In this document: positions 1-10,263 of the stretch, piece after piece | Position numbering within the stretch: the first letter of the stretch is position 1 | Layout: each line of letters opens with the position of its first letter | Origin: Nibricoccus sp. | Lineage (GTDB): Bacteria; Verrucomicrobiota; Verrucomicrobiia; Opitutales; Opitutaceae | NCBI GenBank assembly: GCA_047602425.1 | Contig: JASGHG010000001.1 | Span: forward strand, 4,640,001-4,704,000 | Direction: 5' to 3' | Length of the DNA: 64,000 nt | Translations under genes and position numbers: made by a program | The notes under the pieces: generated by a model | The model's input: the letters and a program-made list of their open reading frames with translations, nothing else | Databases searched by the model: none | Told to the model about the DNA's origin: nothing

Positions 1-184
1 GAGCAACAAAAGTGCTATGCCAATCAGGCGGGCGATCCGGTTCATGGAGTTGTGGATGCGCAACAGGGCGGGTTTCTTGTAAAGCGTCCGCCGCGCGGTT
101 TCGCAAGCCCGGCGCGGCCGTTGGCTGCTTTTCATAACATTTCGACTTTTCGCGAGCAGTCCTTTTTCTTGAACAACTCATCGC

Positions 185-1723
185 ATGAAAAACTTCTTCA
201 TTACGACCGCCATCGATTACGCGAACGGTTCTCCGCACCTGGGCCACGCCTACGAAAAGGTGCTGACGGACGTCATTGCCCGATTCCGGCGGCAGATGGG
301 CGACCGGGTGCATTTTCTCACCGGCACGGATGAACACGGTCAAAAGGTCCAGCAAAGTGCGAAGAAACAGGGCGTCGAGCCGCAGCAATTCGTCGATACC
401 GTGTCCGAGGAATTCCGCGGTCTGTGCAAACGCCTGAATATTTCGAACGACGACTTCATTCGCACGACAGAGCAGCGTCACAAGAATGTCGTTCGCCGCA
501 TTCTTCAGCAGCTCTTCGACAAGGGAGAAATCTACAAGGCTGACTACAAAGGCTTTTACTCCACGCGTCAGGAGCAATTCCTTCAGGAAAAGGACCGCCA
601 GCCCGACGGCTCATGGCCGGAAATCTACGGCGATGTCGTCGAAATTACAGAAAGCAATTACTTCTTTAAACTGGGTAAGTATCAACAGTGGTTGATCGAT
701 TTTCTCAAAACCAACGAAGATTTCGTTTTTCCGCGTTATCGTCAGAAACAGGTGCTCGAGTTTCTCAAGGAGCCGATCAACGACCTCTGCATTTCACGTC
801 CCAAAGAACGTCTTTCCTGGGGCATTCCGCTGCCGTTTGACGAAAATTATGTCACTTACGTTTGGTTCGACGCGTTGATCAACTACTACTCGGCGGTTGA
901 AGGCACGGATTTCTGGCCGGCGAGTTTCCATGTGATCGGCAAAGACATTCTCGTACCGGCTCACGCGGTTTATTGGCCGATCATGCTGAAGGCCGCCGAG
1001 ATTCCGCTGCCAAAGGCGCTGCTCGCGCATGGCTGGTGGTCCGTTTCCGGCAGCAAAATGTCGAAGAGTACGGGCAACGTGATCAAGCCGCTCGATTTCG
1101 CCGACCAGTTCGGCGTCGACGCGCTGCGCTATTTCCTGATTCGCGAAATGAACGTTGGTCAGGACAGCGATTTCTCTCCCGACCAATTCCTCGTGCGTTA
1201 CACGAGCGAACTGGCCAACAACCTCGGCAATCTTGTCAACCGCACGCTCAACATGACGAACCGTTTTGCCGGTGGCCAGGTGCCGGCGGCGGAAGTGGAC
1301 GACAAGCCGGAGCAGGATTTGCGGGCTCTGTGGCAAAAGACTCACGCTGAAGTCGTGCAGCTTTGCGAAGGCTTCCAATTCCATCTCGGCTTGGAGCGCA
1401 CGTTCGCGTTTGTCACCGCAACCAATGCTTATATCGAACTTCGTGCGCCGTGGAAACTCGGCAAGTCCACCGAGGCCAAGGACCAGGCATTGCTTCGCAC
1501 CTCGCTCGCCACGATGGCCGAAGCGCTGCGCTGTGCGGTCGGCCTATTGACGGCAGTCATGCCAGAGACATCGCAGAAAATCTACGCGGTGCTCGGTTAT
1601 CAGTCTGGCGCCGTTTGGAGCGACGAATTGGTTTGGGGCAACAAGCTTGCCGGCAAGAAGGTTGCCGAAAACGCCATTCTTTTCCCACGTCCGGAAAAAC
1701 CGGCGCCGGAAAAGAAAGTCTGA
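185..1723 (+). CDS. metG: Methionine--tRNA ligase (short monomeric form)
   Basis: Class I motifs HLGH and KMSKS, GTDEHG, YVWFDAL; no C-terminal tRNA-binding domain. Confidence 0.97.
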   Translation: MKNFFITTAIDYANGSPHLGHAYEKVLTDVIARFRRQMGDRVHFLTGTDEHGQKVQQSAKKQGVEPQQFVDTVSEEFRGLCKRLNISNDDFIRTTEQRHKNVVRRILQQLFDKGEIYKADYKGFYSTRQEQFLQEKDRQPDGSWPEIYGDVVEITESNYFFKLGKYQQWLIDFLKTNEDFVFPRYRQKQVLEFLKEPINDLCISRPKERLSWGIPLPFDENYVTYVWFDALINYYSAVEGTDFWPASFHVIGKDILVPAHAVYWPIMLKAAEIPLPKALLAHGWWSVSGSKMSKSTGNVIKPLDFADQFGVDALRYFLIREMNVGQDSDFSPDQFLVRYTSELANNLGNLVNRTLNMTNRFAGGQVPAAEVDDKPEQDLRALWQKTHAEVVQLCEGFQFHLGLERTFAFVTATNAYIELRAPWKLGKSTEAKDQALLRTSLATMAEALRCAVGLLTAVMPETSQKIYAVLGYQSGAVWSDELVWGNKLAGKKVAENAILFPRPEKPAPEKKV

Positions 1724-1734
1724 ACCGATCCATT

Positions 1735-1861
1735 TTTTACAGAAGGAAACGAAGGGAACAAAGAGCCGCAGGTTTTCGCTGCCAAATTTCCAAACAGGGC
1801 TGTGGAAATTTGGCCTAAACAATATCGCACCGATTCGTTACCTTTGTTCTCTTCTGTAAAA
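1735..1861. repeat. Palindromic intergenic element built from 9-mer units
   Basis: Left arm ttttacagaag-gaaacgaag-ggaacaaag; right arm reverse complement ttttacagaag-agaacaaag-gtaacgaa; inner hairpin aaatttccaaacag/ctgtggaaattt. Confidence 0.75.
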
Positions 1862-1881
1862 CATGTTTTGAATTTTCGCGA

Positions 1882-3321
1882 ATGACAGTTCTTCCGCTCA
1901 ATCCTGCCGAAAACTCCTCGCCGGAGGCGTTGTTTGCGTTTCTCGCGCAGTGTCAGGCGGTGGCGGTGAAGGTTGGACGGGCGCAGTTGGTGAGCATCAC
2001 GCTTGAGGTCGATGCGCTCGATCCGCTCGCGGTGCTTGAATCGATTTTCGAGCCGGGGGAGCGTCATTTTTACGTCGAGCGGCCGGCCGAAGGTGTAGCC
2101 GTTGCGGGCGCGGAAGCCGTCGCTGTGTTCACTGCGTCAGGACAGGACCGTTTTGCGGCCTGCCAGCGTTTTATCGACGAAACGCTGGCCAATACGCTAG
2201 CGGTTGGCGATCAGAAGGCTCCTTTTGCGGGGCCGCATTTTTTTTCGGCCTTTGCCTTCGCTGACGAGACTGAAGCGAGTGAAGCTTTCGAGGCCGCGAC
2301 GGTCTTTGTGCCACGCTGGCAGGTTGCCTGTGCGGGTGGACGAACCACGGCGGTGGCAAACCTATTGGTTGAGCCAAATACCCCGCTGGATTCACTGGCG
2401 GCGAAACTCTGGCGAGCGAGGCAGAAATTCGGCGCATTTGACTACGCCGCGCCGAAATTTTCCGCACCGGCGGCTCGCGATGCGATTGCAGTGAGCGAAG
2501 TGGGGGACGTCGGGCATTACAGGAATGCCGTGCGACAGGCGCTGCAAAAAATCAACGCCGGTGATTTCAGGAAAATCGTGCTTGCGCGAGCGAAGGACCT
2601 TCGGGCCAGCGCACCGTTTCATCCTTTGCAGGTGTTAAATGGTTTGCGTCAACGATACTCCGACTGCTTTGCGTTTTCCGTGGCCAATGGCCGCGGACAA
2701 AGTTTGATCGGGGCGAGCCCGGAAAGGCTGCTGCGTGTGAAGGATGGGGTGATAACGACTGAGGCGCTCGCCGGGTCCGCGCCTCGTGGGGCCTCGGCCA
2801 GCGAGGACGCGGCTTTCGCGGGCAACTTATTGCGCAACGAAAAGGATCTGGCGGAACACGCGTGTGTGCTGGACTCGATTTTACGCCGCTTGAAACCGCT
2901 CGGCTTGGAATTGCGGCACACGGCGCGGCCCGGGTTGCGTCGGCTTGCGAATGTTCAGCACTTGCACACGCCGATCGAGGCGGCGGTGCCCCCCTCTGTG
3001 CGCGTGCTCGATGTGCTGGCACGATTACATCCGACGCCGGCGGTGGGCGGCTCGCCGCGCGAAGCAGCCGTGCCCTGTATCCGGAAACTGGAGTCGTTTC
3101 CGCGCGGTCTCTATGCCGGCGCTTTGGGCTGGCTAAACGCGAGCGGGGAGGGCGAGTTTTTTGTCGGGTTGCGCTCGGCGCTTATCGATGGGCCGAGGGC
3201 ACGGCTCTGTGCGGGCGCTGGAATTGTGGCCGGCTCGGATCCTGAAAAGGAACAAGCCGAGACCGAGCTGAAATTTTCTGCCATGCAGGCTTCATTGTTG
3301 GACGTTTCAGCTTCGGGATGA
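1882..3321 (+). CDS. menF: Isochorismate synthase (MenF/EntC family)
   Basis: KIVLAR, GASPERL, EALAGS, LHPTPAVGG, AGAGIVAGSDP chorismate-binding motifs. Confidence 0.88.
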   Translation: MTVLPLNPAENSSPEALFAFLAQCQAVAVKVGRAQLVSITLEVDALDPLAVLESIFEPGERHFYVERPAEGVAVAGAEAVAVFTASGQDRFAACQRFIDETLANTLAVGDQKAPFAGPHFFSAFAFADETEASEAFEAATVFVPRWQVACAGGRTTAVANLLVEPNTPLDSLAAKLWRARQKFGAFDYAAPKFSAPAARDAIAVSEVGDVGHYRNAVRQALQKINAGDFRKIVLARAKDLRASAPFHPLQVLNGLRQRYSDCFAFSVANGRGQSLIGASPERLLRVKDGVITTEALAGSAPRGASASEDAAFAGNLLRNEKDLAEHACVLDSILRRLKPLGLELRHTARPGLRRLANVQHLHTPIEAAVPPSVRVLDVLARLHPTPAVGGSPREAAVPCIRKLESFPRGLYAGALGWLNASGEGEFFVGLRSALIDGPRARLCAGAGIVAGSDPEKEQAETELKFSAMQASLLDVSASG

Positions 3322-3517
3322 AATAGCGCTGCGGAACCTCGTTAATGGCAGACTTTAATAATAGAATTCATATCCAGTTTGTTTTCTTAGGTGAGCGACC
3401 TAGGTATTAGCGCGAACTAGGCTGCGTCGTTGCCATGTGAATACCTTCTTATGGGTCCGCTTGTAGGTTCGACTCATACTCCAAGCCCTGTGTTTACATG
3501 AGCGAATTTTTATCAAT

Positions 3518-5050
3518 ATGAACCGACTCACACGCGCCTTCCTGAATCAAAATGGTGTGCCCGCCGGCAAGACGGCCTGCGGCCCGTTGACGACCTTCCC
3601 CGAGAAGATCGTCCAATTTGGCGAGGGCAACTTCCTCCGCGCTTTCGTCGATTGGAAGATCGATGAGCTCAATGAAAAAGGCCTTTTCGGCGGTAGCGTG
3701 CTCGTGACCCAGCCGATCAAGCAGGGCATGGCGGCGGAGATCCAGGCTCAGGATGGTCTTTATACCGTGCTGATGCGCGGTGTCGAGGCGGGCAGGGTCG
3801 TTGAATCGCGTCGCATCATCACCGCGCTCAGTCGTGCGCTGAATCCCTACGATCAGTGGGCCGAGCTCGTAAAAGCTTTCCGCGGTGACGTGCTGCGCTT
3901 CGTTGTTTCCAACACGACGGAGGCCGGTATCGCCTACGCTGACGAACCCTACACGCCGGGCGTCTGCCAAAACACGTTCCCGGCGAAAGTCGCCAACCTG
4001 CTCTTCGAGCGTTTCAGCTCCTTCAAGGGCGATGTGAAAAAGGGCCTCGTTTTCCTCCCGTGCGAACTGATCGAGAAAAACGGCGAGAATCTCCGCAAGA
4101 CCGTCCTGCAGTACGCTTACGCCTGGAAGCTCAACCCGGAGTTCATCAACTGGGTCGAGACTGCCAACCATTTCTGCAACACGCTCGTTGATCGCATTGT
4201 GCCCGGCTACCCGAAAGACGAGGCGGCGCGCATCGTGAATGAACTCGGTTACGACGATAAGCTGCTCGTCGCCGCTGAATATTTCCACCTGTGGGTCATA
4301 GAAGGGCCGAAGCACCTCGGCGAAGAGATTCCGTTCCACAAGGCCGGACTCAACGTGATCTGGACCGACGACATGACACCTTACCGCACGCGAAAGGTTC
4401 GGCTGCTCAATGGGGCGCATACTTCCAGCGTGCTCGCCGCCTTCGAGGCCGGCTGCAATACGGTGCGCGAAATGGTTGAAGACCCGATTTGTGGTGCATT
4501 CATCCGCAAGGCCGTGTTCGACGAAATTCTCCACCAGGTTCCGCTGCCGCCGATGGAACGCAAGGCCTACGCCGACTCCGTCATGGAGCGTTTCTGCAAT
4601 CCGTTCGTGCGCCACGAGCTCCTCTCGATCTCGCTCAATTCCGTCTCAAAGTGGAAGGTCCGCGTGCTTCCTTCGCTGCTCGATTGCCAAAAAGATTTCG
4701 GCAAACTTCCGCCCGCGCTGTCGTTCTCGCTTGCCGCTTTGATCTGGTTTTACTGCGGCGAGGCGGTTTCGGCCAACGAACTTCGCGGTCGCCGCAACCG
4801 CCAGGCATATCCCATCAAGGACGACGCGCACATTCTGGCTTTCTTCGCCGAAGCCTGGAAAAAAGCCTCGGACCTCAAGCCCGAGAGCCTGCGCGACCTC
4901 ACCGTCGCTACGCTGTCGCGCAAGGATTTCTGGGGTCAGGATCTCACCGAGATCCCGGGCTTCACCGACCTCGTCGCGTCAGGCCTGCAAAAAATCGCCG
5001 CCAAGGGCATGCGCGCCACGCTGAGCGAAGTCGTCGCCACGAGCTACTGA
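3518..5050 (+). CDS. uxaB: Tagaturonate reductase (altronate oxidoreductase)
   Basis: QFGEGNFLRAF, SNTTEAGI, PCELI, LVDRIVPG, KVRLLNGAH; upstream of uxaA. Confidence 0.95.
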   Translation: MNRLTRAFLNQNGVPAGKTACGPLTTFPEKIVQFGEGNFLRAFVDWKIDELNEKGLFGGSVLVTQPIKQGMAAEIQAQDGLYTVLMRGVEAGRVVESRRIITALSRALNPYDQWAELVKAFRGDVLRFVVSNTTEAGIAYADEPYTPGVCQNTFPAKVANLLFERFSSFKGDVKKGLVFLPCELIEKNGENLRKTVLQYAYAWKLNPEFINWVETANHFCNTLVDRIVPGYPKDEAARIVNELGYDDKLLVAAEYFHLWVIEGPKHLGEEIPFHKAGLNVIWTDDMTPYRTRKVRLLNGAHTSSVLAAFEAGCNTVREMVEDPICGAFIRKAVFDEILHQVPLPPMERKAYADSVMERFCNPFVRHELLSISLNSVSKWKVRVLPSLLDCQKDFGKLPPALSFSLAALIWFYCGEAVSANELRGRRNRQAYPIKDDAHILAFFAEAWKKASDLKPESLRDLTVATLSRKDFWGQDLTEIPGFTDLVASGLQKIAAKGMRATLSEVVATSY

Positions 5051-5063
5051 TATCGTTTCCTCG

Positions 5064-5123
5064 GGTAGGGACGGACCGCCGGGCCGTCCGTTTGCCCGGC
5101 GCGCCCGGCGGTCGCGCCCTACC
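5064..5123. repeat. GTAG-type REP doublet
   Basis: ggtagggacggaccgccgggccgtccg ... cggcgcgcccggcggtcgcgccctacc: GTAG/CTAC-bounded inverted palindromes between uxaB and uxaA. Confidence 0.7.
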
Positions 5124-5149
5124 TCGAACCGCCTAACTCATTTTCATCC

Positions 5150-6643
5150 ATGAAGGAAAACACGCTTCTTATCCACGCAGCCGACAACGTCGCTGTGGCG
5201 CTGACCGACCTCGCTGTCGGCCAGACCACGACTGTCGCAGGAAAACCAGTTGCCATCTCCACGCCCGTCGGTCGCGGCCACAAGTTTGCGCTCAAGCCGA
5301 TTAAGAAGGGTGAAAACATCCTCAAATTCAGCCAGCCCATCGGCCGCGCGACCGAGGATATTCCCGCCGGCGCCAAGGTTCATGTGCACAATGTGAAGAC
5401 CAACCTCGAAGGCGTGCTGGAGTACAACTATCAACCCGCGCTCGTCACGCTTCCGCCGATCAATGACGGGCTGACCTTCGACGGCTACGTCCGCTCCGAT
5501 GGCGAAGTCGGTATTCGCAATGAAATTTGGATCTTGCCGACGGTTGGTTGCGTGAACGAGGTTTCCAACGCCATTCGTCGCCGCGTCCTCGAAAACGGTT
5601 TACCCGAAGGCATCGATGGCATTCACGTCTACGCGCATCCTTATGGCTGCTCGCAGCTGGGCGGCGATCATGCGAACACGCAGACCATCCTCGCCGACCT
5701 TGCGCGTCATCCGAATGCGGGCGGCGTGTTGATCGTTGGTCTCGGTTGCGAAAACAACACGATGCAGAGCTTCCGCGCCGTGCTGGGCGAACTCGATTCG
5801 CAGCGCTACCGCTTCATGGTCGCGCAGGATTTCAGCGACGAAATCGCCACGGGCATCAGTCTCGCCAACGAACTGATTGCCTACGCTTCAAAGGCAAAGC
5901 GTCAGCCCGTGCCGGTGTCGAAACTTCGCATAGGACTAAAATGCGGTGGTTCCGACGGTTTTTCCGGCATCACGGGCAATCCGCTTGTCGGCGCGTTTTC
6001 CGACCGCCTCATCGCGCGGGGCGGTACGTCGGTCTTGACCGAGGTGCCCGAGATGTTCGGCGCCGAAGCGCTCTTCATGAACCGTTGCGAAACCAGGAAA
6101 GTTTTCGATGACTGCGTCGGCATGATTAATGGCTTCAAGGAATACTTCATGCGCTACAACCAGGTCGTGTATGAAAATCCTTCGCCTGGCAACAAGGACG
6201 GCGGTATCACCACGCTCGAAGAAAAATCACTCGGCTGTCTGCAGAAGGGCGGCACGTCGACTGTCGTCGATATTCTGCCTTACGGCGCTCGTGTGAAAAA
6301 ACAGGGCCTCAACTTCCTGACCGGTCCGGGCAACGACATCGTTTCCTGCACGGCCATGACGGCGGCGGGTGCGCACATGATTCTCTTCACCACGGGACGC
6401 GGTACGCCGCTGGGCGCTCCCGTGCCCACACTGAAGATCGCCACCAATTCCGATCTCGCCACGCGCAAGTCCAGCTGGGTCGATTTCAACGCCGGCCAGC
6501 TTCTCGAAGACAAGACCATGCCCGAGCTCGCCGACCAATTGCTCGCGCACGTGATCGACGTTGCGAGCGGTCGCAAACTCGCGCGTAACGAAGAAAACGG
6601 TTTCCGCGAAATCGCCATCTTCAAAGACGGCGTTACGCTGTAG
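5150..6643 (+). CDS. uxaA: Altronate dehydratase
   Basis: N-terminal SAF domain (DNVAVAL, GHKFAL), HPYGCSQLG, KCGGSDGFSG, NPSPGNKDGG, C-terminal FKDGVTL. Confidence 0.95.
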   Translation: MKENTLLIHAADNVAVALTDLAVGQTTTVAGKPVAISTPVGRGHKFALKPIKKGENILKFSQPIGRATEDIPAGAKVHVHNVKTNLEGVLEYNYQPALVTLPPINDGLTFDGYVRSDGEVGIRNEIWILPTVGCVNEVSNAIRRRVLENGLPEGIDGIHVYAHPYGCSQLGGDHANTQTILADLARHPNAGGVLIVGLGCENNTMQSFRAVLGELDSQRYRFMVAQDFSDEIATGISLANELIAYASKAKRQPVPVSKLRIGLKCGGSDGFSGITGNPLVGAFSDRLIARGGTSVLTEVPEMFGAEALFMNRCETRKVFDDCVGMINGFKEYFMRYNQVVYENPSPGNKDGGITTLEEKSLGCLQKGGTSTVVDILPYGARVKKQGLNFLTGPGNDIVSCTAMTAAGAHMILFTTGRGTPLGAPVPTLKIATNSDLATRKSSWVDFNAGQLLEDKTMPELADQLLAHVIDVASGRKLARNEENGFREIAIFKDGVTL

Positions 6644-6667
6644 TCCTTTAACTCAGTCTCATCGCAC

Positions 6668-6701
6668 AAAAAAAGGCCGCGGTTCAAACCGCGGCCTTTT
6701 T
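6668..6701. terminator. Bidirectional intrinsic terminator
   Basis: aaaaaaaggccgcggtt-ca-aaccgcggccttttt between convergent uxaA and pgi. Confidence 0.9.
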
Positions 6702-6727
6702 GTTACGGAAACTCTGAGGCTGCGCGA

Positions 6728-8302
6728 TCAGGCGGAAACGTAGGTGCTTTCGAACCACGGCGTTTTCGCCAATTTCTTTGCGCCACCATTGGCCGCGAGA
6801 TGCTCGAGGATTTTGAAAACCAATTCGGTTTGCTCGACGGCGCCGAGCTGAGAGGCGAGGGCTTCGGCGGTGAAAGCCTTTCCTGGCGCGGCCTTGAGAG
6901 CGGCAGCGATTTTCAATTTCAACGCGATCACGCCCGTGGCGGCTTTCTTGCCGGCTTCGACGCCGGGTTGGTGGTAGGCGTTGATGCCGACGAGCGCGGC
7001 GTAGAGACCGACGACGCGTTCATAGAGCGCAATGAGCATGCCCAGTGTGCGCGGTGAAACGTCATTGACCGTAATGGTGATCGAGGAGCGGTCTTTTTCG
7101 CTGAGGGCGGCCTGTGTGCCGAGGTAAAAACCTTGGAGGTAGTCGCCGGTTGTGACACCGGGCTCGACTTCCATCGAGGAGCCGGCGCGGTCCTTGAGGA
7201 CTTCGATGAAGGTCACGAAGAAATTGTTCACGCCCTCGCGGAGCTGCTGCACGTAAGCGTGCTGATCGGTCGAGCCCTTGTTGCCGTAAACGGAAATGCC
7301 CTGGTTCACGACCTTGCCTTGGAGATCGAGTTCCTTGCCGAGCGATTCCATAACCAGCTGTTGGAGGTAACGCGAGAAGAGCAGCAGGCGGTCCTTGTAG
7401 GGGAGGACAACCATGTCCTTCGAACCGCGGCCATCGGTGGCAAAGTGCCACATGAGAGCGAGCAACGCGGCGGGATTTTTGGCGGTGACCGGCTCGCGTG
7501 TGACGTTGTCCATCGCGGCGGCGCCATCGAGGAATTCCTGGATGTCGATGCCCTGAAGCGCGGCGGGAAGCAGGCCGACGGCACTGAGTTCGGAGGTGCG
7601 ACCGCCGACCCAGTCCCACATCGGGAAACGGGCGAGCCAGCCGTCTTTGATGGCGGTTTGTTCTAGCTTGGAACCGGATCCCGTGACGGCGACGAAGTGT
7701 TTCTTGTAGTCGAGACCAGCGGCCTTGAAGGCGGCGATGGCTTCGAGCTGGCCATTGCGAGTCTCGACGGTGCCACCGGACTTGGAAATAACGATAACGA
7801 GTGTTTCGGGCAATTTGCCGGCGAGTTGGGCGAGCGCGTAGTCGATGCCGTCGGGATCAGTGTTATCGAAGAAAGTGACGGTCATCTTGTCCTTGCCCGG
7901 CTGGCCGAGGGCGTGGTTGACGAGCTGTGGACCGAGGGCCGAGCCGCCGATGCCGATGACGAGGAGTTGGGTGAATTTTTTTCCGCCGGGCGCCGTAACT
8001 GTGCCCTCGTGGACGCGATCGGAAAAGTTTTCAACGCGGGCGAGGGCGTCGGAGATGTCGGTTCGCAATTCGGGGGTCGGAGCACTGGAGGGCGAGCGGA
8101 GCCAGTAGTGGCCGACCATGCGTTTTTCGTCAGGGTTGGCGATGGCGCCGCTCTCAAGGGCGGCCATATCGGCGAAAGCCTTTTGCATCGCCGGCTCCAT
8201 CTTGGCCAGAAAGTCGTCCGGGAAAGGGATGCGACTGATATCGAGGGCGAGGCCTAGCTCGCGGTTTTGGTAGAAGTGCTTTTTGAAGCGGGTCCAGCTC
8301 AT
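6728..8302 (-). CDS. pgi: Glucose-6-phosphate isomerase
   Basis: [41 protein letters not shown]. Confidence 0.97.
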   Translation of the reverse strand: MSWTRFKKHFYQNRELGLALDISRIPFPDDFLAKMEPAMQKAFADMAALESGAIANPDEKRMVGHYWLRSPSSAPTPELRTDISDALARVENFSDRVHEGTVTAPGGKKFTQLLVIGIGGSALGPQLVNHALGQPGKDKMTVTFFDNTDPDGIDYALAQLAGKLPETLVIVISKSGGTVETRNGQLEAIAAFKAAGLDYKKHFVAVTGSGSKLEQTAIKDGWLARFPMWDWVGGRTSELSAVGLLPAALQGIDIQEFLDGAAAMDNVTREPVTAKNPAALLALMWHFATDGRGSKDMVVLPYKDRLLLFSRYLQQLVMESLGKELDLQGKVVNQGISVYGNKGSTDQHAYVQQLREGVNNFFVTFIEVLKDRAGSSMEVEPGVTTGDYLQGFYLGTQAALSEKDRSSITITVNDVSPRTLGMLIALYERVVGLYAALVGINAYHQPGVEAGKKAATGVIALKLKIAAALKAAPGKAFTAEALASQLGAVEQTELVFKILEHLAANGGAKKLAKTPWFESTYVSA

Positions 8303-8389
8303 GAGATGAAAGGGAAGAAAATGCGGAAAGTTTCAGGGAATGCGGAGCAGAAAATACGAACGATGTATGAACGTTGTTCGTGATTTCGA

Positions 8390-10105
8390 TTAGAGATATT
8401 TGTCGGTAACAGCGCCTTCAGAGGCGGTGGCGACAAGTTTGGCATATTTAGCGAGCACGCCGCGGGTTTCCTTCGGTGGGCGTGGTTTGTACGCGGACAT
8501 GCGGGCGGCGTATTCGGCGTCGGGAATCAGCAGGCTGATCGTGTTTTTGACGGCGTCGACCTCGATCAAGTCGCCGTTGCGCACGATGCCGATCGGGCCA
8601 CCCTTCGCGGCTTCGGGCGTGATGTGGCCGACGTCGAAACCGTGCGAGCCGCCGGAGAAACGTCCATCGGTGATGAGCGCGACGTCTTTGATCAAACCGC
8701 GGCCGGCCACGGCGCTGGTGGGCGACAGCATCTCACGCATGCCGGGGCCACCGACGGGACCCTCGTTGCGGATGACGACCACGTCGCCTTTGACGACGTC
8801 GCCGCGGAGGATGCCTTGGAGCGCGTCTTCCTCGCCTTCGTAGACTTTCGCCGTGCCTTTGAAATAAAGACCTTCCTTGCCAGTGATTTTTCCGACGGCG
8901 CCGCCCGGTGCTAGGTTGCCGTGCAAAACGCGCAAGTGGCTGTCGGTTTTAATTGGTTTATCCCACGGGCGAATGATGTCCTGCTTGTCTGGGTACGACG
9001 GATAGGGCTGAACATTTTTCAATGTTTCGGCGATAGTTTCGCCGGTCACCGTGAGGCAATCGCCATGCAGCAGGCCGCGGTCGAGCAGCATCTTCATCAT
9101 CGGGCGAATGCCGCCAATGCGGATGAGGTGGGCCATGCCGTATTTGCCGAACGGTTTAACATCCGCAAGAAGCGGGATGCGTGCGCCGATGGTTTTGAAG
9201 TCTTCCAACGTGAGCGAAACTTCCGCGGAGTGCGCGATGGCGAGCAGGTGGAGAATGAGGTTGGTCGAGCCGCCGAGGGCGACGCAGACGGTGATCGCGT
9301 TTTCGAAGGCTTTTCGCGTGAGGATGTCGCGCGGCTTGATGCCCTTCTTGAGCATGGCTACGACGGTGGCTCCGGCGCGTTCGCAATCGAGGCGCTTTTC
9401 CTCGCCGACGGCGAGTTGGGCGCTGCTGTTGGGCAAACTCATGCCGAGAACTTCGATGGCCGTGGCCATCGTGTTGGCGGTGTACATGCCGCCGCAGGAA
9501 CCGGGACCGGGAATGGCGGATTCCTCGACGGCTTTCAGGCCCGCGTCGTCGAGTTCGCCCTTGGCATGTTTACCGACGGCTTCGAAGACGGAAACGATGT
9601 CGAGTGGTTTTTGTTTGTCGCAGTCGGTCGGGAGAAAGCCCGGTAAAATCGTGCCGCCGTAAACGAACACCGCCGGCCGATTTAACCGCGCGATGGCGAT
9701 CATGGAGCCCGGCATGTTTTTGTCGCATCCGCCGATGGCGACGAGCCCGTCAAAACCTTCGGCGGCGACGGCAGTCTCGATGGAATCGGCAATGACGTCG
9801 CGTGACACGAGGCTATACCGCATGCCTTGCGTGCCCATGCTGATGCCGTCGGTGACCGTGATCGTGTTGAAATAAACCGCTTTGCCACCGGCGGCGTTGA
9901 TGCCTTTTTGCGCGTGGGTGCTAAGTTCGCCGAGATGGACGTTGCAGGGGGTCATGTCACTCGGTGACGAGGCGACGGCGATCTGCGGCTTTTTGAAATC
10001 TTCGTCTTTGAAACCGACAGCGCGTAACATGGAGCGGGCGGCGGCGCGGTCGTTTCCATCGACGACAACCGAAGAGTAGGGGCGAAGCGAGTCGGAGGTG
10101 CTCAT
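8390..10105 (-). CDS. ilvD: Dihydroxy-acid dehydratase
   Basis: PCNVHL, CDKNMPG, CGGMYTANTM, GGPGMREML, LITDGRFSGG; start trimmed to ATG (MSTSD). Confidence 0.96.
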   Translation of the reverse strand: MSTSDSLRPYSSVVVDGNDRAAARSMLRAVGFKDEDFKKPQIAVASSPSDMTPCNVHLGELSTHAQKGINAAGGKAVYFNTITVTDGISMGTQGMRYSLVSRDVIADSIETAVAAEGFDGLVAIGGCDKNMPGSMIAIARLNRPAVFVYGGTILPGFLPTDCDKQKPLDIVSVFEAVGKHAKGELDDAGLKAVEESAIPGPGSCGGMYTANTMATAIEVLGMSLPNSSAQLAVGEEKRLDCERAGATVVAMLKKGIKPRDILTRKAFENAITVCVALGGSTNLILHLLAIAHSAEVSLTLEDFKTIGARIPLLADVKPFGKYGMAHLIRIGGIRPMMKMLLDRGLLHGDCLTVTGETIAETLKNVQPYPSYPDKQDIIRPWDKPIKTDSHLRVLHGNLAPGGAVGKITGKEGLYFKGTAKVYEGEEDALQGILRGDVVKGDVVVIRNEGPVGGPGMREMLSPTSAVAGRGLIKDVALITDGRFSGGSHGFDVGHITPEAAKGGPIGIVRNGDLIEVDAVKNTISLLIPDAEYAARMSAYKPRPPKETRGVLAKYAKLVATASEGAVTDKYL

Positions 10106-10263
10106 AGTGGGAAGAACCTTGGCAGCAGACCAAAGTCGCGCAAGTCGGGCAAGGGTGGAGTTACGGTTGACGGAGGTCAGTGGGAAAAACGGGCGATGCA
10201 AAGCCGTGGTTTTCGGGATTGCTTCGCGTGAGGGCGCTCGCATTCACTGGGCGCGTTCCTCGC

